NCBI GenBank assembly: GCA_032718475.1
Contig: JAUCBJ010003596.1
Coordinates: forward strand, 1 to 49,821
Direction of reading: 5' to 3'
DNA length: 49,821 nt
Source of the DNA: Nemertoderma westbladi
Lineage: Eukaryota; Animalia; Xenacoelomorpha
Below, piece after piece: positions 11,301 to 22,432 of the stretch (position 1 is the first letter of the stretch; every line of letters begins with the position of its first letter). The position numbers were made by a program, and so were the translations under genes. Under the pieces are notes generated by a model that had not been told where the DNA came from, searched no databases, and saw only the letters and a list, made by a program, of their open reading frames with translations.

Positions 11301-14300
11301 CACCCGTCCAGTGTAGTATAGTGAAATGTAGTGCCCTTCAGGATTGCACCCGCCCAGTGTAGTATAGTGAAATGTAGTGCCCTTCAGGATTGCACCCGCC
11401 CAGTGTAGTATAGTGCCCTTCAGGATTGCACCCGCCCAGTGTAGTATAGTGAAATGTAGTGCCCTTCAGGATTGCACCCGCCCAGTGTAGTATAGTGCCC
11501 TTCAGGATTGCACCCGCCCAGTGTAGTATAGTGAAATGTAGTGCCCTTCAGGATTGCACCCGTCCAGTGTAGTATAGTGCCCTTCAGGATTGCACCCGTC
11601 CAGTGTAGTATAGTGAAATGTAGTGCCCTTCAGGATTGCACCCGTCCAGTGTAGTATAGTGCCCTTCAGGATTGCACCTGTCCAGTGTAGTATAGTGAAA
11701 TGTAGTGACCTTCAGGATTGCACCCGCCCAGTGTAGTATAGTGAAATGTAGTGCCCTTCAGGATTGCACCCGTCCAGTGTAGTATAGTGCCCTTCAGGAT
11801 TGCACCTGTCCAGTGTAGTATAGTGAAATGTAGTGCCCTTCAGGATTGCACCCGTCCAGTGTAGTATAGTGACCTTCAGGATTGCACCCGCCCAGTGTAG
11901 TATAGTGAAATGTAGTGCCCTTCAGGATTGCACCCGTCCAGTGTAGTATAATGCCCTTCAGGATTGCACCCGCCCAGTGTAGTATAGTGAAATGTAGTGC
12001 CCTTCAGGATTGCACCCGTCCAGTGTAGTATAGTGCCCTTCAGGATTGCACCCGTCCAGTGTAGTATAGTGAAATGTAGTGCCCTTCAGGATTGCACCCG
12101 TCCAGTGTAGTATAGTGCCCTTCAGGATTGCACCCGCCCAGTGTAGTATAGTGAAATATAGTGCCCTTCAGGATTGCACCCGTCTAGTGTAGTGTAGTGC
12201 CCTTCAGGATTGCACCCGTCCAGTGTAGTATAGTGCCCTTCAGGATTGCATCCGTCCAGTGTAGTATAGTGCCCTTCAGGATTGCACCCGCCCAGTGTAG
12301 TATAGTGAAATGTAGTGCCCTTCAGGATTGCACCCGCCCAGTGTAGTATAGTGAAATATAGTGCCCTTCAGGATTGCACCCGTCTAGTGTAGTGTAGTGC
12401 CCTTCAGGATTGCACCCGTCCAGTGTAGTATAGTGCCCTTCAGGATTGCATCCGTCCAGTGTAGTATAGTGCCCTTCAGGATTGCACCCGCCCAGTGTAG
12501 TATAGTGAAATGTAGTGCCCTTCAGGATTGCACCCGCCCAGTGTAGTATAGTGCCCTTCAGGATTGCACTCGTCCAGTGTAGTATAGTGCCCTTCAGGAT
12601 TGCACCCGCCCAGTGTAGTATAGTGCCCTTCAGGATTGCACCCGCCCAGTGTAGTATAGTGCCCTTCAGGATTGCACCCGTCCAGTGTAGTATAGTGCCC
12701 TTCAGGATTGCACCCGCCCAGTGTAGTATAGTGCCCTTCAGGATTGCACCCGTCCAGTGTAGTATAGTGCCCTTCAGGATTGCACCCTCCCAGTGTAGTA
12801 TAGTGAAATGTAGTGCCCTTCAGGATTGCACCCGTCCAGTGTAGTATAGTGCCCTTCAGGATTGCACCCGCCCAGTGTAGTATAGTGCCCTTCAGGATTG
12901 CACTCGTCCAGTGTAGTATAGTGAAATGTAGTGCCCTTCAGGATTGCACCCGTCCAGTGTAGTATAGTGAAATGTAGTGCCCTTCAGGATTGCACCCGTC
13001 CAGTGTAGTATAGTGCCCTTCAGGATTGCACCCGTCCAGTGTAGTATAGTGAAATGTAGTGCCCTTCAGGATTGCACCCGTCCAGTGTAGTATAGTGCCC
13101 TTCAGGATTGCACCCGTCCAGTGTAGTATAGTGCCCTTCAGGATTGCACCCGTCCAGTGTAGTATAGTGAAATGTAGTGCCCTTCAGGATTGCACCCGTC
13201 CAGTGTAGTATAGTGCCCTTCAGGATTGCACCCGTCCAGTGTAGTATAGTGAAATGTAGTGCCCTTCAGGATTGCACCCGTCCAGTGTAGTATAGTGCCC
13301 TTCAGGATTGCACCCGTCCAGTGTAGTATAGTGAAATGTAGTGACCTTCAGGATTGCACCCGTCCAGTGTACTATAGTGCCCTTCAGGATTGCATCCGTC
13401 CAGTGTAGTATAGTGAAATGTAGTGCCCTTCAGGATTGCACCCGTCCAGTGTACTATAGTGCCCTTCAGGATTGCACCCGTCCAGTGTAGTATAGTGCCC
13501 TTCAGGATTGCATCCGTCCAGTGTAGTATAGTGAAATGTAGTGCCCTTCAGGATTGAACCCGTCCAGTGTAGTATACTGAAATGTAGTGCCCTTCAGGAT
13601 TGCACCCTCCCAGTGTAGTATAGTGCCCTTCAGGATTGCACCCGTCCAGTGTAGTATAGTGAAATGTAGTGCCCTTCAGGATTGCACCTGTCCAGTGTAG
13701 TATAGTGAAATGTAGTGCCCTTCAGGATTGAACCCGTCCAGTGTAGTATACTGAAATGTAGTGCCCTTCAGGATTGCACCCGCCCAGTGTAGTATAGTGC
13801 CCTTCAGGATTGCACCCGTCCAGTGTAGTATAGTGAAATGTAGTGCCCTTCAGGATTGAACCCGTCCAGTGTAGTATAGTGCCCTACAGGATTGCACCCG
13901 TCCAGTGTAGTATAGTGCCCTTCAGGATTGCACCCGTCCAGTGTAGTATGGTGAAATGTAGTGCCCTTCAGGATTGAACCCGTCCAGTGTAGTATACTGA
14001 AATGTAGTGCCCTTCAGGATTAAACCCGTCCAGTGTAGTATAGTGAAATGTAGTGCCCTTCAGGATTGCACCCGTCCAGTGTAGTATACTGAAATGTAGT
14101 GCCCTTCAGGATTGCACCCGTCCAGTGTAGTATAGTGAAATGTAGTGCCCTTCAGGATTGAACCCGTCCAGTGTAGTATAGTGCCCTACAGGATTGCACC
14201 CGTCCAGTGTAGTATAGTGCCCTTCAGGATTGCACCCGTCCAGTGTAGTATGGTGAAATGTAGTGCCCTTCAGGATTGCACCCGTCCAGTGTAGTATACT

Positions 14301-15345
14301 GAAATGTAGTGCCCTTCAGGATTGCACCCGTCCAGTGTAGTATAGTGCCCTTCAGGATTGCACCCGTCCAGTGTAGTATAGTGAAATGTAGTGCCCTTCA
14401 GGATTGCATCCGTCCAGTGTAGTATAGTGCCCTTCAGGATTGCACCCGCCCAGTGTAGTATAGTGAAATATAGTGCCCTTCAGGATTGCACCCGTCCAGT
14501 GTAGTATAGTGCCCTTCAGGATTGCACCCGTCCAGTGTAGTTTAGTGAAATGTAGTGCCCTTCAGGATTGCACCCGTCCAGTGTAGTATAGTGCCCTTCA
14601 GGATTGCACCCGTCCAGTGTAGTATAGTGCCCTTCAGGATTGCACCCGTCCAGTGTAGTATAGTGAAATGTAGTGCCCTTCAGGATTGCACCCGTCCAGT
14701 GTAGTATAGTTAAATGTAGTGCCCTTCAGGATTGCACCCGTCCAGTGTAGTATAGTGCCCTTCAGGATTGCACCCGTCCAGTGTAGTATAGTGAAATGTA
14801 GTGCCCTTCAGGATTGCACCCGTCCAGTGTAGTATAATGCCCTTCAGGATTGCACCCGTCCAGTGTAGTATAGTGAAATGTAGTGCCCTTCAGGATTGCA
14901 CCCGTCCAGTGTAGTATACTGAAATGTAGTGCCCTTCAGGATTGCACCCTCCCAGTGTAGTATAGTGAAATGTAGTGCCCTTCAGGATTGCATCCGTCCA
15001 GTGTAGTATAGTGAAATGTAGTGCCCTTCAGGATTGCACCCGCCCAGTGTAGTATAGTGCCCTTCAGGATTGCACCCGCCCAGTGTAGTATAGTGAAATG
15101 TAGTGCCCTTCAGGATTGCACCCGTCCAGTGTAGTATAGTGCCCTTCAGGATTGCACCCGCCCAGTGTAGTATAGTGAAATGTAGTGCCCTTCAGGATTG
15201 CACCCGTCCAGTGTAGTATAGTGCCCTTCAGGATTGCACCCGTCCAGTGTAGTATAGTTAAATGTAGTGCCCTTCAGGATTGCACCCGTCCAGTGTAGTA
15301 TAGTGCCCTTCAGGATTGCACCCGTCCAGTGTAGTATAGTGAAAT
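8312..15345. repeat. ~7-kb satellite of interspersed 36-bp (GTGCCCTTCAGGATTGCACCCGTCCAGTGTAGTATA) and 46-bp (+GTGAAATGTA) units, roughly 170 units
   Basis: Directly visible; two length variants occur in irregular order. Confidence 0.98.
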
Positions 15346-16900
15346 ATGCGAAACGTATTTTAATGACTAACGATTAATCGCATTTCGTTTAATTATTAAG
15401 GTCAGCGCATATTATACGATTGATTGAAATACGATTGTCTCAAATACGATAACAAATACTGTACGATAGATATGTCCTGTATCAATGGAAATCAAATTAT
15501 CAAACAAAGAATCCCGTTGCTACAAGGAGTTCGACAGGGTGGAGTCCTATCAGCTGTACTATTTAACTTCTACCTACGCGACCTTATCATCATAGATCTT
15601 GGCAATAGCAAACTAGGAATACATATGAACGATGAATCATACTGCGTTATAAGTTATGCCGATGACATATTTCTCCTCGCTAATATACAATCAGACCTGA
15701 AAGACATGATGCAAATCTGTAACAATTACTTTGCACTACATAACCTAACAGTCAACCTTAAGAAGTCACATTATCTACATATTACGACAAAAGGGACTAC
15801 AGACACCAACGGATGCATTTATCTAGAAGGACTCAGTCTACCAGCAACTGCAAAATGCTCGTACATGGGACTACCACTACCGGCAACCTCAAACAACCTA
15901 AAGTTACACTTTATAACTAAAATATGGACCTCCGTCAGCCGAATAAATAATAGAGGCTTCGCAGTAGACAATGTACCACTGCCAGTGACGTCAAAAATCT
16001 GGAACTTAGTGTGCATACCGTCTATCTTATATGGATGCTCAATCCTGAGTATAAAGATATATCAATCCAACTAAGGAAAGCGATAAGAGGACTAGCTAGA
16101 ACCGGCAACTACATTTCAAACGAAGTTTTGCTTAATCTCTTCGATATTACAGATCCAGTCAAACATATAAACCTTGAGAGATGCCGCTTCATATATAATA
16201 CCCTCAACAGCCCAAATCATAAGATCCAATATTTATACCATAATGTACTCTTTAAGCATGTCTCAGGATACAGGAACTGTATAGCTTTTCAAAACTATCA
16301 ACTGAATGCCTGGGATGAAGGCCTACCCGCACTGACGTCAATAGCGACTCATCGCTATAATATTAAGCAATTAATACGTAATCACAAAAAACCTGATCCA
16401 ATGTCAACTAAAGGCCAATATCAGTATTATTATATCTCGAACATTCTTCAAAAGTACACTATTCCTCACTCAATCCGTCACAGTGTGCTACTAGATATGT
16501 TTGCGCACATAACCTCCTAGCAAGCGTCTCTCTACGAAACCCACCCCTACATCTTACCCACGGAATACGGATTTACTATATCTTAAATTGCAATTACTGG
16601 ATTGGGATATACAATTAGTTCTATTTTTAGTTTTCATTGGACTTGCAATTGGTAAAATATTGTGTAAATTCTATCTTATAATTACGACAACCCGCTATTT
16701 TTCACTATACACTTGAGCAAATAGTTATAATTTATATTATATCGTAAATACTTTTTGAACCACAGTATTCAGATTCAGTATGCACTTTACCCATACCTCT
16801 CTACTGGTGGTATTCTACTCGATGAAACTTATGTAATAACATTTTACTTAATTAATTAAAGCCACCGGGGCGACTAATGCCGGATGATGAAATGAAATCA
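15346..16900 (+). mobile_element. 5'-truncated non-LTR retrotransposon (LINE): C-terminal half of RT, frameshifted
   Basis: ORF 15424-16074 has GVRQGGVLSAVLFNFYL, YADD and VNLKKS RT motifs; it continues in another frame (16011-16520). The 3' boundary is approximate. Confidence 0.85.
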
Positions 16901-17694
16901 TACTTATACAAAATGTACTTCTCCGTAAAAATATGTTTGAATTATCAAGTCTAATATTAGGCCTAATAAAATTACTCCAGGGCTGATCAACAATGGGTAA
17001 ATTATACTTCTTATACTAATTTGCACTTCGTAGTAACATTTGAGACAATTTATTGAAAAGCATTGGCCTAATTAATTATATTATATGTTATATATATATT
17101 ATAAGTATTGCCAGAGTGGTGCGGTATAGTCGAGGAAATTTTACAAACCCACCACCGCGAAATTAAATTGAATGAATTTAAATATATACAGTAGGGGCTA
17201 CGGTAAAAAATATAACTTAAATAGACAAAATTCTAATTGCGAAATATAATTATTATTCTTGAATGCCAATAATATACTGTGTGGGGCGATTGAGGTTACC
17301 CAATTTCATGAAGAAGTCCTATGGAACACAATAAACGGAACATCTGTGCCGTGAAACATTGCCATTGCTTGGCTGCTTCAGTCCCTTTATGTGCTAAACT
17401 GCGCTGATCATAGAAATCTGCCCATAAATTGCACTGGTGTTCATTGTCAGTTATGTGATTGGCTAATAAAATTAGCAGTCGTATAGAGAGTGAATTATTG
17501 TGGCTGTGTTGCTTTGGGCAAAGCAAGATATCATTTAGGAAGGGCAGCTGTCACATTTTATCTGGTCGGGAAATATGTACAGTTTGTTCTGTTTCGACCG
17601 CTAAGTCTACATTACGCAATAAACCAACGCGTTTACACTACAGCCACCACAGAGAACAAAGTTTAATATGGATTCAAATCTCAGAACCACCAAA

Positions 17695-18206
17695 CGGACG
17701 GACGGACGGACGGACGGACGGACGGACGGACGGACGGACGGACGGACGGACACCCCCGTTCGGGGTAAATAAGCACAATAAAATAAAGTTAGACATTATA
17801 TGTGGACATATTTATACTGTCCAACCCTTCACCATATACTGTAGTTAGTAATGAGATAAAAGGAGCGTGTGAGCAGCTATAGTTGGGCGAGAGTAGCGAG
17901 TGGGGGGCAGGATGGGCATACGAGTACGTGATATCGGTCCTTGGAAGAATGGTTGCAGTAGCGACAGCAACACGAGCCAGATAGGTCATGGAATGGGCGG
18001 CGGTCAGTGCAAAGGAGGTGGTGAAATCCGTGAGCTGTAGCGCGAGTTATGACGTGTCTGTTTCGTTGACCAGGTCGGCGCCACGACGGGTTGTTGAATG
18101 CCGGCCCTCGCGTGTATTGTTCGGAAACGAAATTCTGTTCACGTTCCCTCCGGAATGCGTTATAATTATTTAAGACATCTTGTCTGAGTACTGAAGCTGG
18201 TGAATC
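17695..18206 (-). mobile_element. 3' part of the interrupted LINE: ORF C-terminus (stop at 17877), 3' UTR and (CCGT)n tail
   Basis: Reading from 32126 across the GAATC TSD continues in frame: ...ILRDSPASVLRQDVLNNY...TAHGFHHLLC...CRYCNHSSKDRYHVLVC...* (CCHC finger). Microsatellite tail at 17695-17750. Confidence 0.88.
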
Positions 18207-19443
18207 TGTTCGCGCTTTTGAAGACCTTTAGCAGTTTAACCTGCCAAAATTTATATGTCTTTTAGTTAATTAACACACCTTTAGCATACGACAATATTTT
18301 ATGCTAATACGCAAAACATTAGCCGAAGCCAGCCCATGCGCGATCATTCACCCGATGGATCTACACCCGGGAGGCTGAATTCGGATGCTTAGATTTTATT
18401 ATTGCAGTGTAAGGTTGCAGTGTAAACCTATTGTATTATTCGATAGATCACTAATATGTAATTTCTGACAGATATTATTAACTTTCGGGAAATATTAACA
18501 GTTCCTTTAGGACGTGGCGCTCTATCTATTTAAACAGAGCTAGGACTTATACTAAACGCAACGATAAGGCTTATGATTAAAGTATAAGTCGCATTCTTTA
18601 GGAAATGCTTTGTTACCAGTCACATCACACTCACAATCATGCACACTATTCTGCCGACCGTCAGTATATTTGATCACACATAAAGAGAACAGCAATTGAC
18701 TCAGGTAGTGTCTACTAAATAACATTAGATTCAATACACACCACATTGATATAAATCGCAATTGTTATATATAGCCCGCCTCTCTAACCTGTAGTGTATC
18801 AAGAAAATTGGGAATTTTGGGTGATTTATCCGTATTCTCCAAAGAGCAATATTTCCATCAACAAATAGATACAATTAATAACTGACGGTAAATAACAGTA
18901 CAAACAATATGATTAGTGCAGTTGAATTAAGTGAGGTAACACCGCCGCCGGTAACAGTTATACTTTCTATAATCTAAGCAGTTTTACTAGAGTTCTTCCC
19001 AAAAAGCCGGTGTTTCTGGCTTAGACAGCAATAACAACAAAGTATCAAGAAAAAACAGTAAGACTGAACACTCTCCTTATGATCGGCTGAAAAGCTACAC
19101 GTCGACAGGAAAAATCGCTCTGATTGGCTCAAGCCAAACAAAGAACCGTACATCCAATGGCTGTTTCCATGTCAGCAACCAGCTGTTAGATGTCGTAATA
19201 TGAATCATCACGGCTAAGCTGTGAAAGGTAATTAATGCATTACAGGTTTTTTGCCTTACCATGTCCGCCAAAACACGTATATAGCAGAATTACTTTTATG
19301 TCCGTTAAAACACCTGTAAAGGTACCTTGCGGGCGAGGGGAATATATATACAGTCAGAGAACCTTTTTTAGAGTATTCCAGCGCCTGGGGGAAACTGGAT
19401 TGCGAAGCAAAGGGGCCAGTTATATCCCACAGAAGCTTTTACA
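18207..19443 (-). repeat. 3' LTR (1237 bp)
   Basis: Direct repeat of 30889-32125. The minus strand begins TGTAAAAGC and ends CGCGAACA, with a CCAAT box (~19125), a TATA-like TATATAA (~18770) and AATAAA (~18397). Confidence 0.96.
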
Positions 19444-19521
19444 CCGCTCCCAGAAAATGGGATTTAAGTCTATAAAATATACAAAATCACAGTTTCTCAA
19501 ATACGAAAATACTCTAAACAG

Positions 19522-20810
19522 TTAGTCTTTCATGCGCGGACGGCGTTTACGCAGTTTTTTAAAGCTAGCCAGAGTCTTTTTCTCTTTGGGGCGAGCCACT
19601 TTACAAGGAGGGCTATAACTCCTGGGTGAAGGGTGCAACATGATTGCATCAGAGGGTATAGGATTATGGTCGGTGTATCCGCCAGTCGAAGTGCCGAGTT
19701 GATTGACATCAACGTCGGGGGAGAGGGGTCTAACGGCTTTGAGAGCTCGTTTCAAGACAGCCGCTCTTACGGGTCCTTTACGAGTGGTCTGAATGAGGGC
19801 CGTGGGTGGACCATAGGCAGTTAGAAACTTCCTTGGTTTAATGGTTCTTTCCAACTCGCGTTCGCGGGCTCGGTACTCGTAAGGCCGTCGATATACTTCC
19901 TGTAACTCGATATGCGTGATTTCTGTTCGACAGAAGCGAATAGATAAGGATGGAACGCATAAATTCCTTCGTAAGCGCGTCCAGGATAATAGCGATGGCG
20001 CGAATCACGATGTAAATCAGCGTTCGCTTCCCAAGCTCTAATGTAACGTAGTGTGATCATTTCATCTACGCTTTCCAAATCGCGATTAAAAGGGCAATCG
20101 AAACTGGCGTGTCCCTTTAGTGGACAGTGGTGACATTGAGTCATAAATTGGGGGCAAACCGCAAAAATATGCAAATTATTAAATCTGCAATACGCTCAAT
20201 AAATTTCCATCGCCGGTTGTTCGTGGAAATAGGAACAGCGGACGTTTGTGTCTATGGGCGTAACATGGTCTCTCGATGCGCATAACCGACAACGTTGCCG
20301 AGAAACATAGTTGGCATGGCGATAATCGTACGCAGTGAGACACTGTGGACCTTGATACCATTCTAGGATGTAATCGTTATCGCTGTTCCGAGCGCGATAG
20401 GCTGAATCTCCTCAGATTCTAGACATATTGGTTCGTCTTCCCAGTCTGTTACGAATAGAATTTTCGTGATCTATTCTCGGTTTATCGTTACGACGCCGCT
20501 GGGTATGATATTTAAATAGAACCATTTCCCTTTCGGTGTCTACATCGTCCGTATCATGTAAATCGATAGGATGGCCGCTGGTTAAGAAGTCCATATACGT
20601 ACCATTGCGATTCGTATAGCGAGCGGTGAATTTTCTATAGTCCAATTCACGCGTAAGTTGTTCCTGGGACATCGGCGGTTCGATATAACGACCATCGTCC
20701 TCCGTAATAGTCGGATCGGCTTCACCGCGTATCAAGCTATCCACAAACGCTTGTAAAGGTAGAGTATATCGCTCTCTAATACCAAGGTCATCTTCTATCA
20801 ATTCCGTCAT
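19522..20810 (-). pseudogene. Degenerate accessory ORF of the LTR element (zinc-knuckle protein with a basic C-terminus)
   Basis: 20810-19821 is a single frame broken only by two TGAs (20414-20412, 20198-20196). It contains CRLCASRDH and CHHCPLKGHASFDC (Cx2Cx4Hx4C). The overlapping ORF 19854-19522 ends KKLRKRRPRMKD. Confidence 0.6.
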
Positions 20811-22432
20811 ATCTGCTATCTGAGTTTGTTAATATCAATATAAGTTAATATTTTAGGCCAGCGGGCGTCGCTGCCTACTAGGCTTTTTGCCCCCGGACAG
20901 TGGGTTTCTCAGCGCCGATGTACCGCTGTCGCAGTGTTTACGCCAACATGTAGCACAGCACGACAACGATAACCGGCACAAGTCCCACCACTGTCCGTCC
21001 CAAAGGCTTGAATCCACTTGAGGTTATCTCGGTAGAGTTAAGGCTATTTTACAATTGCGATTAGCTACTGTAAACACACTTTAGTAGTAACATTCACCTA
21101 TAAACGCACAAATTCCATACAATCATTACTTACTGCACACATGCATACCATTTGTCCGTTAGTCAGTGTCTTCCAGAATGTCACGTATTTACTATGTATC
21201 CTTGGATACTAATAGTGCGCTATGTATACTCTTATGCTACGCAATGGGGCAAGCTTTTTATTGTTCTTTTAACTTGCTTCTAATTCTAGCGTGGGTGTTG
21301 CCATGGTGACATTATGGAAAACTAGCGGTAGAATTAGGGCAATCCTCATGCATACAGATCTGGGATGTTATTTAATAGTAATTCTTTAATTGTCAATATC
21401 CTCTTTATGCATGATTTTATAAATTTTATCGGCTATTGACTATATGTTGGAGATTCTCGCGCTCTAGTACACTCAATATGAATCTCCGCTCCCATGATCT
21501 ATTAATTACTGGAATTTTGGGAATGTTGTAAATTGCACAAAATGGCAATTTATGAAATTCATTCGAATATGAATTTAAATTTATTCCCGTGAATTTTATT
21601 ATTTGATATTAAATTGACATAAATTTTATTCCAGAGCATATCTGGGGACTCAGGATCCTTAATTCTGTAAATAGTCCTTCTAAGAATATCGGTAAATACT
21701 GCGATATCTTAATTGACTAGAAATTTTAAAGGATCGGGATTTTACAGATTTTAACAAATATTAAATTAATATTTAGGATGGGCACCAATTTATTCCAGAA
21801 CTTGTCTGGGGACGTTAACCACTGATTCTAGAATTTGTCTTTCAAGTATATCGGTGGGTGCCACGATATCTTAATCGACTAGAATTACAGAAGGTCAAAA
21901 GTTTAACAGATTTATTTGCGATTTACGCTACTGTTAGAGGGACCTCACGCTACTATATGTATTATTTGTTATAAGGTAGAAGAGCAATATCGCACGAAGC
22001 AATGTCAGTGTGAAGAGGCAAGTCGTTTCCAAGGTCTACCCAGAGCTTGGTTTAGCCGAGACACGAGGATCTAAACTTTGCATTCCTAATACTCTGCCTA
22101 CCAATAATACTTAAATATAGTAGTGGCTTTATTGTACTTTAATAAGTACGGACATGTCATCTTACTATAGTCTCGCATTTATAATATAATACGGACAGTA
22201 AGGAAAGAGAAAAATAATTATTTCTTGCCGTCGCACTAAATATATTATAAGTAATTAAGTACGTAATAAACACTAATATATTGCACTAATTTACTAAATA
22301 ATCGCTAAAATAACATTCTACTAAATAAAATTAAAGAAAACGATTATAATAAAATTACGTAATAATACATACATAAATATAAAATAAAAACAAATATAAA
22401 ATGATATAGTCACACACCCACTCCATATGTTA

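Noticed and set aside
8312-15345. Possible CRISPR-like array or coding repeat (ORF 12515-12844)
   Set aside because: No unique spacers and no cas genes, and the context is eukaryotic; the ORF is a run of 36-bp units.
18552-18761. 69-aa ORF duplicated at 31234-31443
   Set aside because: Lies inside the LTRs; the duplication is explained by them and there are no protein motifs.
20196-20414. In-frame TGAs as selenocysteine or read-through codons
   Set aside because: No SECIS identified; mutational decay is simpler given the nearby frameshift.
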